From an uncultured bacterium (GTDB lineage: Bacteria; Fidelibacterota; Marinisomatia; SCGC-AAA003-L08; GCA-002704045), in NCBI GenBank assembly GCA_964345035.1, contig CAYFPO010000002.1, positions 16,483 to 80,482 of the forward strand: 64,000 nucleotides of DNA. The letters run 5' to 3'. The notes beneath the pieces were generated by a model that was not told where the DNA came from, ran no database searches, and saw nothing but the letters and a program-made list of their open reading frames with translations. The first letter of the stretch is position 1; each line of letters starts with the position of its first letter. The translations under genes were made by a program, and so were the position numbers. This document shows, piece by piece, positions 1 to 8,660 of the stretch.

Positions 1-10
1 GAAGGATTAT

Positions 11-2299
11 GTGCGGTTGGCTAAAAAACACAAATGGATAATTTTACCTACAATGCTGGTAGTACTTGCAATTGCTGGTTATATATCAATTTCTACACCG
101 CCGGTATTTGAAGCAACTACACTGGTAATGGTAGAGGAAGAGAACCGTACCCAGCAATTTATAGGGATTGAGTCTGGTTTTGAACAAATGAGTATGAAAA
201 ATGAAATTGAAATACTCAAAAGCAGATCACTTTCCGAAATGGTAATAGATTCTCTTCTTCGGTCACCACACAGAGATAATTTATATACAATAAATTCACG
301 CATTTATGAACCTAAGACACTACAATTAAATACATGGTTCAAAAAGGTTTTTTCCCTTGGGATATATAATGAATCTCCTGTATCACCCTCAGATCCAAAA
401 AAATTGTTAAAAAATGGTAAAACACAATTATTTTCAAATAAATTCAGAAAGAACCTCGATATATCTACTATTCGGGATACCCGAACTCTGGAGATTTCAT
501 ATAAAAGTCCAGACCCAGATGAAGCAGCATTTATAGCAAATATTGTTGTTTCAGTTTATAAAAGACTTGACAGAAACTGGAAAAACAGTGAGATAATTGA
601 ATTATCTCATTTTCTTGAACAACAGCTAAACAAGGTATCAAGAGATCTCAGCCTTGCAGAAAATCGTATCAGGGAATTTCAGGAACAGGAAAATATTATG
701 AATCTGTCTGACGAACGGCATCCCATCTTAAACCAATTGGCTAACTATGAGACTACGTATTTTTCTACACTTGCTGAAGTAAATGTTATTGAAAATCAGA
801 TAATCCATATGCAATCTTTACTGGATAGTTCTGAAAAATCGCTGGTCAAAGATCTTCAGAATACGATGGATCCCAGAATAAAGGAATTACGTCTTCATTT
901 GGCTGAACAGGAAGCAATATTGGTGAATACCTTAAAAGATGTCAACATGGATTTTGATCATCGGGCAATACAGGAAATACAGGATCAAATAGAGTATTTA
1001 AAAGAGCAATTGACAGATGAAACTTCAAAATTAGTTGCAGCTGGAATTACGGTACAAGATCCATTATCCCATTCTCAGGATCTGGTATTAAAAATAGTGG
1101 AATTGAATTCTGAACAAATTCAGCTTGAGTCAAAATGCAAAGAATACTTAAAACTGATTGATCAGCTAAATGTTGAAATCAAAAAACTACCCAGTAAAAC
1201 ACTCACGTATGCACGACTGACAAGGGAAAGAAAAGTAAAAGAACAGTTATATATTCTACTCAGTGAAAAACTGGAGGAAACAAAAATAACTGAAGCATCT
1301 CAGTCAGCACATATCCGTATTATTGATCCAGCCGCACCAGGAATAAAAGTCAAACCGGATATACCTAAAAATCTTTTATTGGGATTAATCCTTGGATTGG
1401 GATTGGGTATTGGAATTGCATTTTTAACTGAATATATGGACCAAAGTTTAAGATCCATCGAATCCATCCAGAGGCTGGGTGTATCAGTTATGGGCATTAT
1501 ACCTCAGATTGGAACAAAATACGGGAGGTATAAAAAAGGTGGTTTGTTTAAGAAAAATCAAGTAAATCAAAATCGAAATCAAAATGTTAATAACTTTTCT
1601 GAAAGACTCATTACACATTTAGACCCATTAAATCCGGTTTCTGAAGCATATAGGAGTATACGTACTAATATTTCCTATTCTATGCCTGACAAAGAGATTA
1701 ATTCAATTATGGTCAGTAGTCCTGGACCTTCGGAAGGGAAAACAACCACCGCAATAAACCTTGCAGTTGCATTTTCTCAGCTGGGTAAAAAGACCTTACT
1801 GGTAGATACTGATTTGAGAAAACCAATTATCCATAAAGTTTTCAATATGGAAAGGCAACCTGGAATTTCAGATTTTTTGGTTGGCATCAATGGTCATGAT
1901 GACCTGTTATCAATAATTAATAAGACTGAAATTGAAAATCTCCATCTGATAACCAGTGGAAAGCTCTTCCCAAATCCCAGTGAATTATTGGGCTCTAAGC
2001 GTATGAAAGATGTAATTAAAAGACTTGGAGATGAATTTGATATTGTCATTTTTGATTCACCTCCAATTATTGCAGTAACTGATTCCAGGGTATTTGCGAA
2101 CGATATTGATGCTATGGTTTTAATTGTTAAATCAGGACAAACTGATGCACATCATTTAAAGAGAGCGGTTAATATGCTTCAATCTGTTAATGCACCTATG
2201 ATTGGGTGTATACTAAATGGATTCACTCACCGGCATAGTTACTACGGTGATTATGATTATTATTATGAATATTATTATTCAGAACATCTGAAAGACTAA
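11..2299 (+). CDS. Wzc-like polysaccharide co-polymerase / BY tyrosine kinase (chain-length determinant + kinase)
   Basis: 762-aa ORF with a GTG start. It has an N-terminal TM segment, a long coiled-coil Wzz-type region and a second TM (LLLGLILGLGLGIGIAF). The C-terminus carries a P-loop (SSPGPSEGKTTTAINLA), a Walker-B-like DIVIFDSPP and a Tyr-rich tail YYGDYDYYYEYYY. Confidence 0.9.
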   Translation: MRLAKKHKWIILPTMLVVLAIAGYISISTPPVFEATTLVMVEEENRTQQFIGIESGFEQMSMKNEIEILKSRSLSEMVIDSLLRSPHRDNLYTINSRIYEPKTLQLNTWFKKVFSLGIYNESPVSPSDPKKLLKNGKTQLFSNKFRKNLDISTIRDTRTLEISYKSPDPDEAAFIANIVVSVYKRLDRNWKNSEIIELSHFLEQQLNKVSRDLSLAENRIREFQEQENIMNLSDERHPILNQLANYETTYFSTLAEVNVIENQIIHMQSLLDSSEKSLVKDLQNTMDPRIKELRLHLAEQEAILVNTLKDVNMDFDHRAIQEIQDQIEYLKEQLTDETSKLVAAGITVQDPLSHSQDLVLKIVELNSEQIQLESKCKEYLKLIDQLNVEIKKLPSKTLTYARLTRERKVKEQLYILLSEKLEETKITEASQSAHIRIIDPAAPGIKVKPDIPKNLLLGLILGLGLGIGIAFLTEYMDQSLRSIESIQRLGVSVMGIIPQIGTKYGRYKKGGLFKKNQVNQNRNQNVNNFSERLITHLDPLNPVSEAYRSIRTNISYSMPDKEINSIMVSSPGPSEGKTTTAINLAVAFSQLGKKTLLVDTDLRKPIIHKVFNMERQPGISDFLVGINGHDDLLSIINKTEIENLHLITSGKLFPNPSELLGSKRMKDVIKRLGDEFDIVIFDSPPIIAVTDSRVFANDIDAMVLIVKSGQTDAHHLKRAVNMLQSVNAPMIGCILNGFTHRHSYYGDYDYYYEYYYSEHLKD

Positions 2300-2325
2300 A
2301 CACCTACAATTTTCAGTAATAATTA

Positions 2326-3318
2326 ATGGATTCCTCCTCTATTCTAATAACCGGCGCAGCCGGGTTTATTGGATTTCATTTATCAAATAGGCTATGTCAC
2401 GAGGGATATAATGTCATTGGTATTGATAATCTTAATGACTATTATGATGTAAATCTGAAAAAATCCAGATTACACATACTTAATTCTCTTGATAGATTTT
2501 CCTTCTCTCAATTGGATATAAACAATTGGAGTGAATTAGTGAATCTTTTTAAAGAAAATGAAATCAAATCAATCATCCACTTAGCGGCTCAGGCAGGTGT
2601 CAGATATTCACTGGAAAATCCCCATGCGTACGTTGATGCAAATATCCGAGGATTTTTAAATATCCTTGAAATTTGTAAAAAATTTAAGTTAACTAATTTG
2701 GTCTATGCGTCATCCAGTTCGGTGTATGGTGCAATTGAAACATTACCCTATTCTGAATCCGATAAGACAGATTCTCCCATATCAATGTATGGTGTAACAA
2801 AAAAATCCAATGAACTTATGGCACATACCTACAGTCATTTATTTGGTGTTACCACCGTTGGGCTTAGATTCTTTACTGTTTATGGTCCATGGGGAAGACC
2901 GGATATGGCACTGTTTAAATTTACAAAGGCAATTCTGGATGAAAAACCATTAAATGTATATAACAATGGTAAACATTCCCGCAGTTTTACCTATATTGAT
3001 GATATAATTGAAAGTATGGTCAGGTTGTTGAAAAAGGCAGAAATGAAATCTACTATTTCAGGAGAAAATTTAATTTTTAATATTGGCGGGTCCCAATCTA
3101 TTGCTTTGATGAATTACATCAAATGTATTGAAGATTGTTTGGGAAAAAAAGCCGAAATTAAATATCTTCCAATGCAGCCGGGTGATGTAGAAAACACTGA
3201 TGCTGATACTAATGCACTTGAACAGTACATTGGGTATTCACCTCAAATACCTATAGAAGATGGTATTCCTAAATTCATTGATTGGTACAAGAAATATTAT
3301 CAGATTAATGTAATATGA
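2326..3318 (+). CDS. NAD-dependent UDP-glucuronate 4-epimerase-like SDR (extended short-chain epimerase)
   Basis: N-terminal ILITGAAGFIGFHL Rossmann motif, then ASSSSVYG and a YGVTKK catalytic Tyr-x3-Lys. Length (330 aa) and overall pattern match the Cap1J/LpsL-type UDP-GlcA 4-epimerases. Confidence 0.8.
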   Translation: MDSSSILITGAAGFIGFHLSNRLCHEGYNVIGIDNLNDYYDVNLKKSRLHILNSLDRFSFSQLDINNWSELVNLFKENEIKSIIHLAAQAGVRYSLENPHAYVDANIRGFLNILEICKKFKLTNLVYASSSSVYGAIETLPYSESDKTDSPISMYGVTKKSNELMAHTYSHLFGVTTVGLRFFTVYGPWGRPDMALFKFTKAILDEKPLNVYNNGKHSRSFTYIDDIIESMVRLLKKAEMKSTISGENLIFNIGGSQSIALMNYIKCIEDCLGKKAEIKYLPMQPGDVENTDADTNALEQYIGYSPQIPIEDGIPKFIDWYKKYYQINVI

Positions 3319-4451
3319 AATTTATTGATTTAGATACTCAATACAATTTATTAAAACCTGCAATTAATAATAAAATTCAAGAGGTGCTGGATAGTGGACA
3401 ATACATTCTTGGGAATAGAGTTGCAGAATTGGAGATCAAATTAGCAAATTATGTTGGAGTTGATTACTGTGTAACCTGTTCATCCGGTACAGATGCCCTT
3501 TTAATGTGTTTGTTGGCATGGGATATTGGACCAGGTGATGCGGTATTTACAACGCCATTTACGTTTGCAGCAACGGCGGAAGTGATCCATTTATCTGGTG
3601 CTACGCCTGTTTTTGTAGATATTGATTCGGAAACTTTTACTATTGATCCACATAAATTAGAAGCTACTATTCATCAAATATCAGATAATGGAGAATTGAG
3701 CCCAAAAGCAATTATTCCGGTAGATTTATTTGGTTTATGTGCAGATTATAAACAGATCTCAAAAGTTGCTGAAGAGAACCAATTATTAGTTTTGGAAGAT
3801 GCAGCCCAGTCTTTTGGTGCAGTACAGAATGGTAATAAAGCAGGTAATTTTGGTGATGCTGCAGGTACTTCATTCTTCCCTGCAAAACCGTTGGGTTGTT
3901 ACGGGGACGGGGGAGCTATATTCACCAATGATTTAGAATTGACTAAAATTCTTCGATCAATAAGAGTACATGGTCAGGGTACAAATAAATATGAAAATGT
4001 GAGACTGGGAATTAATGGAAGACTGGATACAATTCAGGCTGCAGTATTACTGGAGAAATTAAAGATATTTCCAAGTGAACTGAAAAAAAGGAATGAAATT
4101 GCCAATCAATATACTACCCTTTTGAAAGACATTGTCCAAACACCTGTTATTCCATCAAAAAATACATCATCCTGGGCACAATATTCAATTTTAGCTGAAA
4201 ATAGTAATAAAAGAAATAAAATCAGAGAAAATCTGAAAAATTCTGATATTCCTACAGCAATTTATTATCAGACTCCATTACATCTGCAGCATGTTTATAA
4301 TTCTCTGGGATACAGGAATCGAGATTTTCCAGTTTCAGAAAATATCAGTGAAAGGATTTTCAGTTTACCAATGCATCCATATTTACATTCAGAGGACATC
4401 GCCAGGATTTGTGAAATTATCCACAAAACATTGCTAAAAACTGCCAATTAA
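3315..4451 (+). CDS. DegT/DnrJ/EryC1-family PLP-dependent nucleotide-sugar aminotransferase
   Basis: Contains the SSGTDAL motif and FFPAKPLGCYGDGGAIFT, which carries the PLP lysine. The start overlaps the upstream stop as ATGA. Substrate is not assignable; the protein looks WbpE/ArnB/PglE-like rather than classical PseC. Confidence 0.85.
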   Translation: MKFIDLDTQYNLLKPAINNKIQEVLDSGQYILGNRVAELEIKLANYVGVDYCVTCSSGTDALLMCLLAWDIGPGDAVFTTPFTFAATAEVIHLSGATPVFVDIDSETFTIDPHKLEATIHQISDNGELSPKAIIPVDLFGLCADYKQISKVAEENQLLVLEDAAQSFGAVQNGNKAGNFGDAAGTSFFPAKPLGCYGDGGAIFTNDLELTKILRSIRVHGQGTNKYENVRLGINGRLDTIQAAVLLEKLKIFPSELKKRNEIANQYTTLLKDIVQTPVIPSKNTSSWAQYSILAENSNKRNKIRENLKNSDIPTAIYYQTPLHLQHVYNSLGYRNRDFPVSENISERIFSLPMHPYLHSEDIARICEIIHKTLLKTAN

Positions 4452-4485
4452 ACTGTTTTAATAAAAATTAATAAATTATAATTTA

Positions 4486-6120
4486 ATGAAAAAAGATATT
4501 TTACATCTGCCATCCCATACTTTAAATGACAGGCAAATTTGTGATTTGGAACTCATATTGAACAGTGGGTTTACCCCGTTAAACGGATTTTTGAATAAAT
4601 CTAATTACGATTCAGTCTGTTCACATTTGCGATTGGCTGACGGTGCATTATGGCCGATTCCAATTACTTTGGATATTTCACAAAAGGTTGCAGATTCTCT
4701 TACAGATGAGCAACTGGTATTACGAGACAAGGAAGGATTTGCTCTTGCAATTCTGGAAATTGAAGATATCTGGCAGCCGGATTTATCCCATGAAGCAGAA
4801 GTCATTTTTGGAACAACAGATCCAACACATCCCGGTGTATCATATTTAAACCATCAATCTCAACCAATGTATGTTGGCGGAAAGGTGAAACAAATATCAA
4901 AGCCTCATCATTATGATTTTCAAAACCTTCGGCATACACCTGATGAACTGAAATCTCAATTTCAAAAATTAGGTTGGAATAAAGTGGTTGCATTTCAGAC
5001 CAGGAATCCACTTCATAAGGCTCATTTTGAGATGACCCTTCGAGCATCAAAAGAATTTGGTGCTAATATTCTAATTCATCCGGTAGTTGGATTAACCAAA
5101 CCGGGAGATGTGAATCATTATACACGGGTTCGATGTTATCAAAAAATTCTGGATAAATATCCCGTGGATACCGCAATGTTAAGTTTATTACCGCTGGCGA
5201 TGAGAATGGGTGGACCACGTGAAGCATTATGGCATACGATTATTCGTAAAAATTTTGGGTGTACCCATTTTATAGTAGGTAGAGATCATGCCGGACCGGG
5301 GTCTGATAATAATGGGAATCCGTTTTATGGTCCATACGAAGCTCAAGAATTGGTAGAAAAACACAGTGAAGAAATAGGTATAACCTTAGTTCCGTTTAAA
5401 AAAATGGTGTATAATGAAGAAAAAGCTGAGTTCTATCCTGTGGATGAAATACCGGAGGGTATGCGGACATTAGATATTTCAGGGTCTGAACTCCGCCGCA
5501 GGCTGGATAGGGGATTGGATATTCCTGATTGGTTTTCTTTTTCAAGTGTGATCAGTGAATTGAGAAAATCCAGACCCCCGCTGATCCGGCGTGGATTCAC
5601 CGTGTTTTTTACCGGACTTTCCGGATCGGGAAAATCTACACTTGCAAAGGCATTAATGGTAAAACTACTTGAAGACGGCAGGCGACCAGTGACACTGTTG
5701 GATGGAGATATTGTGAGGACCCATCTCTCAAATGAATTGGGGTTTTCCAAAGAGCATAGATCCATTAATGTACAGCGGATTGGTTTTGTAGCAAGTGAAA
5801 TTACTAAAAATAGAGGAATAGCAATTTGTGCTCCTATAGCACCCTACAGAAAAGACAGAAAAGTAAATAATGATTTAATAACACAATATGGTGGATATAT
5901 TGAAGTGTTTGTATCAACACCGTTAGAAGTGTGCGAATCCAGGGATGTAAAAGGTCTCTATGCGAAAGCACGAAAAGGATTAATAAAAGATTTTACCGGG
6001 ATTGATGATCCCTATGAAGAACCCCGAAATCCTGACCTTTGTATTGATTCAAGCTCTACTCCACCGGAAAAATTGGTCCAAGAGATTATTCTGAAAATTG
6101 AACAATTGGGGTATATGTAA
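4486..6120 (+). CDS. Bifunctional sulfate adenylyltransferase / adenylyl-sulfate kinase (PAPS synthase, Sat-CysC fusion)
   Basis: ATP-sulfurylase motifs QTRNPLHKAH and VGRDHAGPG are followed by the APS-kinase P-loop FFTGLSGSGKSTLAKAL, all in a single 544-aa ORF. Confidence 0.93.
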   Translation: MKKDILHLPSHTLNDRQICDLELILNSGFTPLNGFLNKSNYDSVCSHLRLADGALWPIPITLDISQKVADSLTDEQLVLRDKEGFALAILEIEDIWQPDLSHEAEVIFGTTDPTHPGVSYLNHQSQPMYVGGKVKQISKPHHYDFQNLRHTPDELKSQFQKLGWNKVVAFQTRNPLHKAHFEMTLRASKEFGANILIHPVVGLTKPGDVNHYTRVRCYQKILDKYPVDTAMLSLLPLAMRMGGPREALWHTIIRKNFGCTHFIVGRDHAGPGSDNNGNPFYGPYEAQELVEKHSEEIGITLVPFKKMVYNEEKAEFYPVDEIPEGMRTLDISGSELRRRLDRGLDIPDWFSFSSVISELRKSRPPLIRRGFTVFFTGLSGSGKSTLAKALMVKLLEDGRRPVTLLDGDIVRTHLSNELGFSKEHRSINVQRIGFVASEITKNRGIAICAPIAPYRKDRKVNNDLITQYGGYIEVFVSTPLEVCESRDVKGLYAKARKGLIKDFTGIDDPYEEPRNPDLCIDSSSTPPEKLVQEIILKIEQLGYM

Positions 6121-6144
6121 AAATTAAAAATAGAAAATATTTTA

Positions 6145-6174
6145 AAGGGTGAATCTTAGATTCACCCTTTTTTA
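6145..6174 (+). terminator. Rho-independent terminator after the PAPS synthase gene
   Basis: Perfect 11-bp stem AAGGGTGAATC / GATTCACCCTT with a TTA loop, followed by a T run. It lies 25 nt after the stop codon. Confidence 0.8.
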
Positions 6175-6208
6175 TAAATCCTATAAAAATATATTGCATT
6201 ATATCTAA

Positions 6209-6233
6209 TAATGAGTAAATTTATTACTCATTA
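6209..6233. promoter_or_regulatory. Perfect 10-bp inverted repeat (candidate operator) upstream of the wHTH regulator gene
   Basis: TAATGAGTAA-ATTTA-TTACTCATTA, 16 nt upstream of the GTG start at 6249. It sits in the only sizeable intergenic gap of the locus. Confidence 0.4.
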
Positions 6234-6248
6234 AATGATTTATAATTT

Positions 6249-6779
6249 GTGTTAGAATCGTTAGTCACATCAAAAACGCGGGTAAAACTGTTGTTGAAAT
6301 TCTTTTTGAATCCGGAGACCCGGGCATATCTTCGGGGGCTTGCTGCAGAATTCGGTGAATCCACTAATGCCATCCGGGTGGAATTAAACCGCCTCACGGA
6401 CGCAAATCTGCTAAAATCTACAAACAGCGGCAGAACGGTATTATATAGAGCTAATATGGATCACACCCTGTTTGGAGATATTCAAAATGTAGTCCGTAAA
6501 TATGTTGGGATTGACCGATTGGTAGATGAAATGGTAAAAAAACTGGGCGATCTGAAAGCGGCGTATATTACGGGTGATTATGCTCATGGCCTGGATACAG
6601 GCATCATAGATTTGGTGTTGGTAGGTAAAATCAATCCAAAGATTCTTTTCGATCTCACGGAAAAAACCAGCGTCTTAATAAACAGAAAGATTAGACCATT
6701 GGTTTTATCTCCTAAAGAATGTGAAAAATTAAAAATGCAACTGGATATTGAACATGCATTATTGGTTTGGAGTAATTGA
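6249..6779 (+). CDS. Winged-helix (ArsR-like) transcriptional regulator with a C-terminal nucleotidyltransferase-like domain
   Basis: The N-terminus MLESLVTSKTRVKLLLKFFLNPETRAYLRGLAAEFGESTNAIRVELNRL is typical of a wHTH family. The C-terminal AYITGDYAHGLDTGIIDLVLVG resembles a degenerate NTase core. GTG start. Confidence 0.7.
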   Translation: MLESLVTSKTRVKLLLKFFLNPETRAYLRGLAAEFGESTNAIRVELNRLTDANLLKSTNSGRTVLYRANMDHTLFGDIQNVVRKYVGIDRLVDEMVKKLGDLKAAYITGDYAHGLDTGIIDLVLVGKINPKILFDLTEKTSVLINRKIRPLVLSPKECEKLKMQLDIEHALLVWSN

Positions 6780-6784
6780 ATATT

Positions 6785-7810
6785 ATGGAAAATGTAATTA
6801 ATAATAAGTCTGTCTTAATTACTGGTGGAACAGGTTCTTTTGGTAAAGAATTCATTAAAACTGTTATTGAGAAATCAAATGTTAAGAAGTTAGTCGTTTA
6901 CAGTCGTGATGAATTGAAACAGTTTGAAATGCAACAGATTTGGGCAGAGTCAGATTCTTCACCTATGAGATATTTTATAGGAGATGTTCGAGATTATAAT
7001 AGATTAAAAATGGCAATGACCGATATAGATATTGTTATACATGCTGCTGCATTAAAACAAGTTCCAGCTGCAGAATATAATCCGTTTGAAGCAGTTAAAA
7101 CAAATGTGATCGGTGGTCAAAATGTTATTGATGCTTCAATTGAATGTGGTGTTAAAAAAGTAATTGCACTTAGTACAGATAAAGCTGCAGCTCCTATAAA
7201 CTTATATGGAGCAACTAAATTAACCTCAGATAAGTTGTTTATAGCAGCAAATAACTATAAAGGTAAAAAGAACATAAAATTTTCAGTTGTAAGATATGGG
7301 AATGTGATGTGTAGTCGAGGATCTGTTATTCCTTTTTTTCTCAGTAAAAGAAAGGAAAAAGTCCTTCCTATAACTGATGATAAAATGACACGATTCAATA
7401 TTACACTTCAAGATGGCGTTAATTTTGTAATTAATTGTTTAGAAAAAATGTGGGGCGGGGAATTATTTGTGCCAAAAATTCCAAGTTATAGAATTTTAGA
7501 TGTTGCAAAGGCTGTAGCTCCTGAATGTAAAACTGAAATTATTGGTATTAGACCAGGTGAAAAACTTCATGAAGAAATGATAACATCAACAGATTCAATG
7601 AATTGTATAGAATTTAAAAATTACTATGTTATCCTTCCTTCTACGAAGCTCTGGGATATAGAAAAATTTAGATTAGAGAGTAATTCAGAAGAGGGTTCAT
7701 ATTGCAAAGATGGATTTTCTTATAATAGTGGATCAAATGAGATCTTTCTAACAGTTGACGATTTGAAAAGTCTAATAAGATCTATTTATAAAAGCACCAA
7801 TGGATCTTAA
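6785..7810 (+). CDS. pseB: UDP-N-acetylglucosamine 4,6-dehydratase (inverting), PseB/FlaA1-like
   Basis: Motifs VLITGGTGSFG, VYSRDELKQ and LSTDKAAAPINLYGATK match PseB/FlaA1. An alternative TTG start at 6776 would overlap the regulator stop. Confidence 0.85.
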   Translation: MENVINNKSVLITGGTGSFGKEFIKTVIEKSNVKKLVVYSRDELKQFEMQQIWAESDSSPMRYFIGDVRDYNRLKMAMTDIDIVIHAAALKQVPAAEYNPFEAVKTNVIGGQNVIDASIECGVKKVIALSTDKAAAPINLYGATKLTSDKLFIAANNYKGKKNIKFSVVRYGNVMCSRGSVIPFFLSKRKEKVLPITDDKMTRFNITLQDGVNFVINCLEKMWGGELFVPKIPSYRILDVAKAVAPECKTEIIGIRPGEKLHEEMITSTDSMNCIEFKNYYVILPSTKLWDIEKFRLESNSEEGSYCKDGFSYNSGSNEIFLTVDDLKSLIRSIYKSTNGS

Positions 7811-8660
7811 AAAAATTGCAATAGGCTCTGCTCAATTTGGGATGGATTATGGAATTTCTAATAAGATTGGAAAACTTAGTTATAGTTCAATCAATGATAT
7901 TCTAACAATTGCGAATAAAAATGATATAAATACGATAGATACAGCCCATTCATATGGTGAAAGTGAACTACAAATAGGGAAATATCTGCATTTACATCCC
8001 AATGAGGATTGGGAAATAATTACTAAAGTTAGTATCTGTAATAATTCTCTTGAAGATAAGATCAATCAAACTATATATAAATTGGGAAGTACTCCAACTG
8101 TCATTCTATTTCATAATTCCTATGAATATCTTGATTCAAAAAATATTGAAGAACTAATGAGGATAAAGGAAAAATTTGATATTGAAAAAATTGGTGTGTC
8201 AGTTTATACAATGGAAGAAATTGATAATGTAATTTCACATAAGATTCCTGATGTAGTTCAATTACCAATAAATATTTTAGATACAAGATTGTATAAAAAT
8301 GGTTGCTTAGATCATCTAGATGAACTGAATATAGAGATTCATGCACGTTCAATATTTTTACAAGGTTTGTTTTATTTAAAGAAAAATAATATTCCTTCCC
8401 AATTTTCTGAAGTTATTCCATATTTAGAACAATTGAATGAAATTTCAAACACACAGAAATTAACAATTCCTGAACTTTCATTATTATGGGTACTGTCCCT
8501 TCATCAGATTAAAAAAGTTATAATTGGAATAGAGAGCTCAGCTCAATTATTAAAAAATATACAAACTGCGGAACTAAATGTTCATCCCTCTATTTTTGAA
8601 GATGCATTAAATATTGAATTTCATAATGATAATATTTTGGATCCTTCAAAATGGAATTAA
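7800..8660 (+). CDS. Aldo/keto reductase family oxidoreductase
   Basis: 286 aa. The N-terminal region IGSAQFGMDYG...IDTAHSYGESE is typical of AKR proteins. The gene overlaps both neighbours. Confidence 0.7.
   Translation: MDLKKIAIGSAQFGMDYGISNKIGKLSYSSINDILTIANKNDINTIDTAHSYGESELQIGKYLHLHPNEDWEIITKVSICNNSLEDKINQTIYKLGSTPTVILFHNSYEYLDSKNIEELMRIKEKFDIEKIGVSVYTMEEIDNVISHKIPDVVQLPINILDTRLYKNGCLDHLDELNIEIHARSIFLQGLFYLKKNNIPSQFSEVIPYLEQLNEISNTQKLTIPELSLLWVLSLHQIKKVIIGIESSAQLLKNIQTAELNVHPSIFEDALNIEFHNDNILDPSKWN

Noticed and set aside
6241-6246. A perfect TATAAT hexamer just before the regulator gene
   Set aside because: It ends 2 nt before the GTG start codon, so it cannot serve as the -10 element for that start. 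No suitable -35 element lies at proper spacing.
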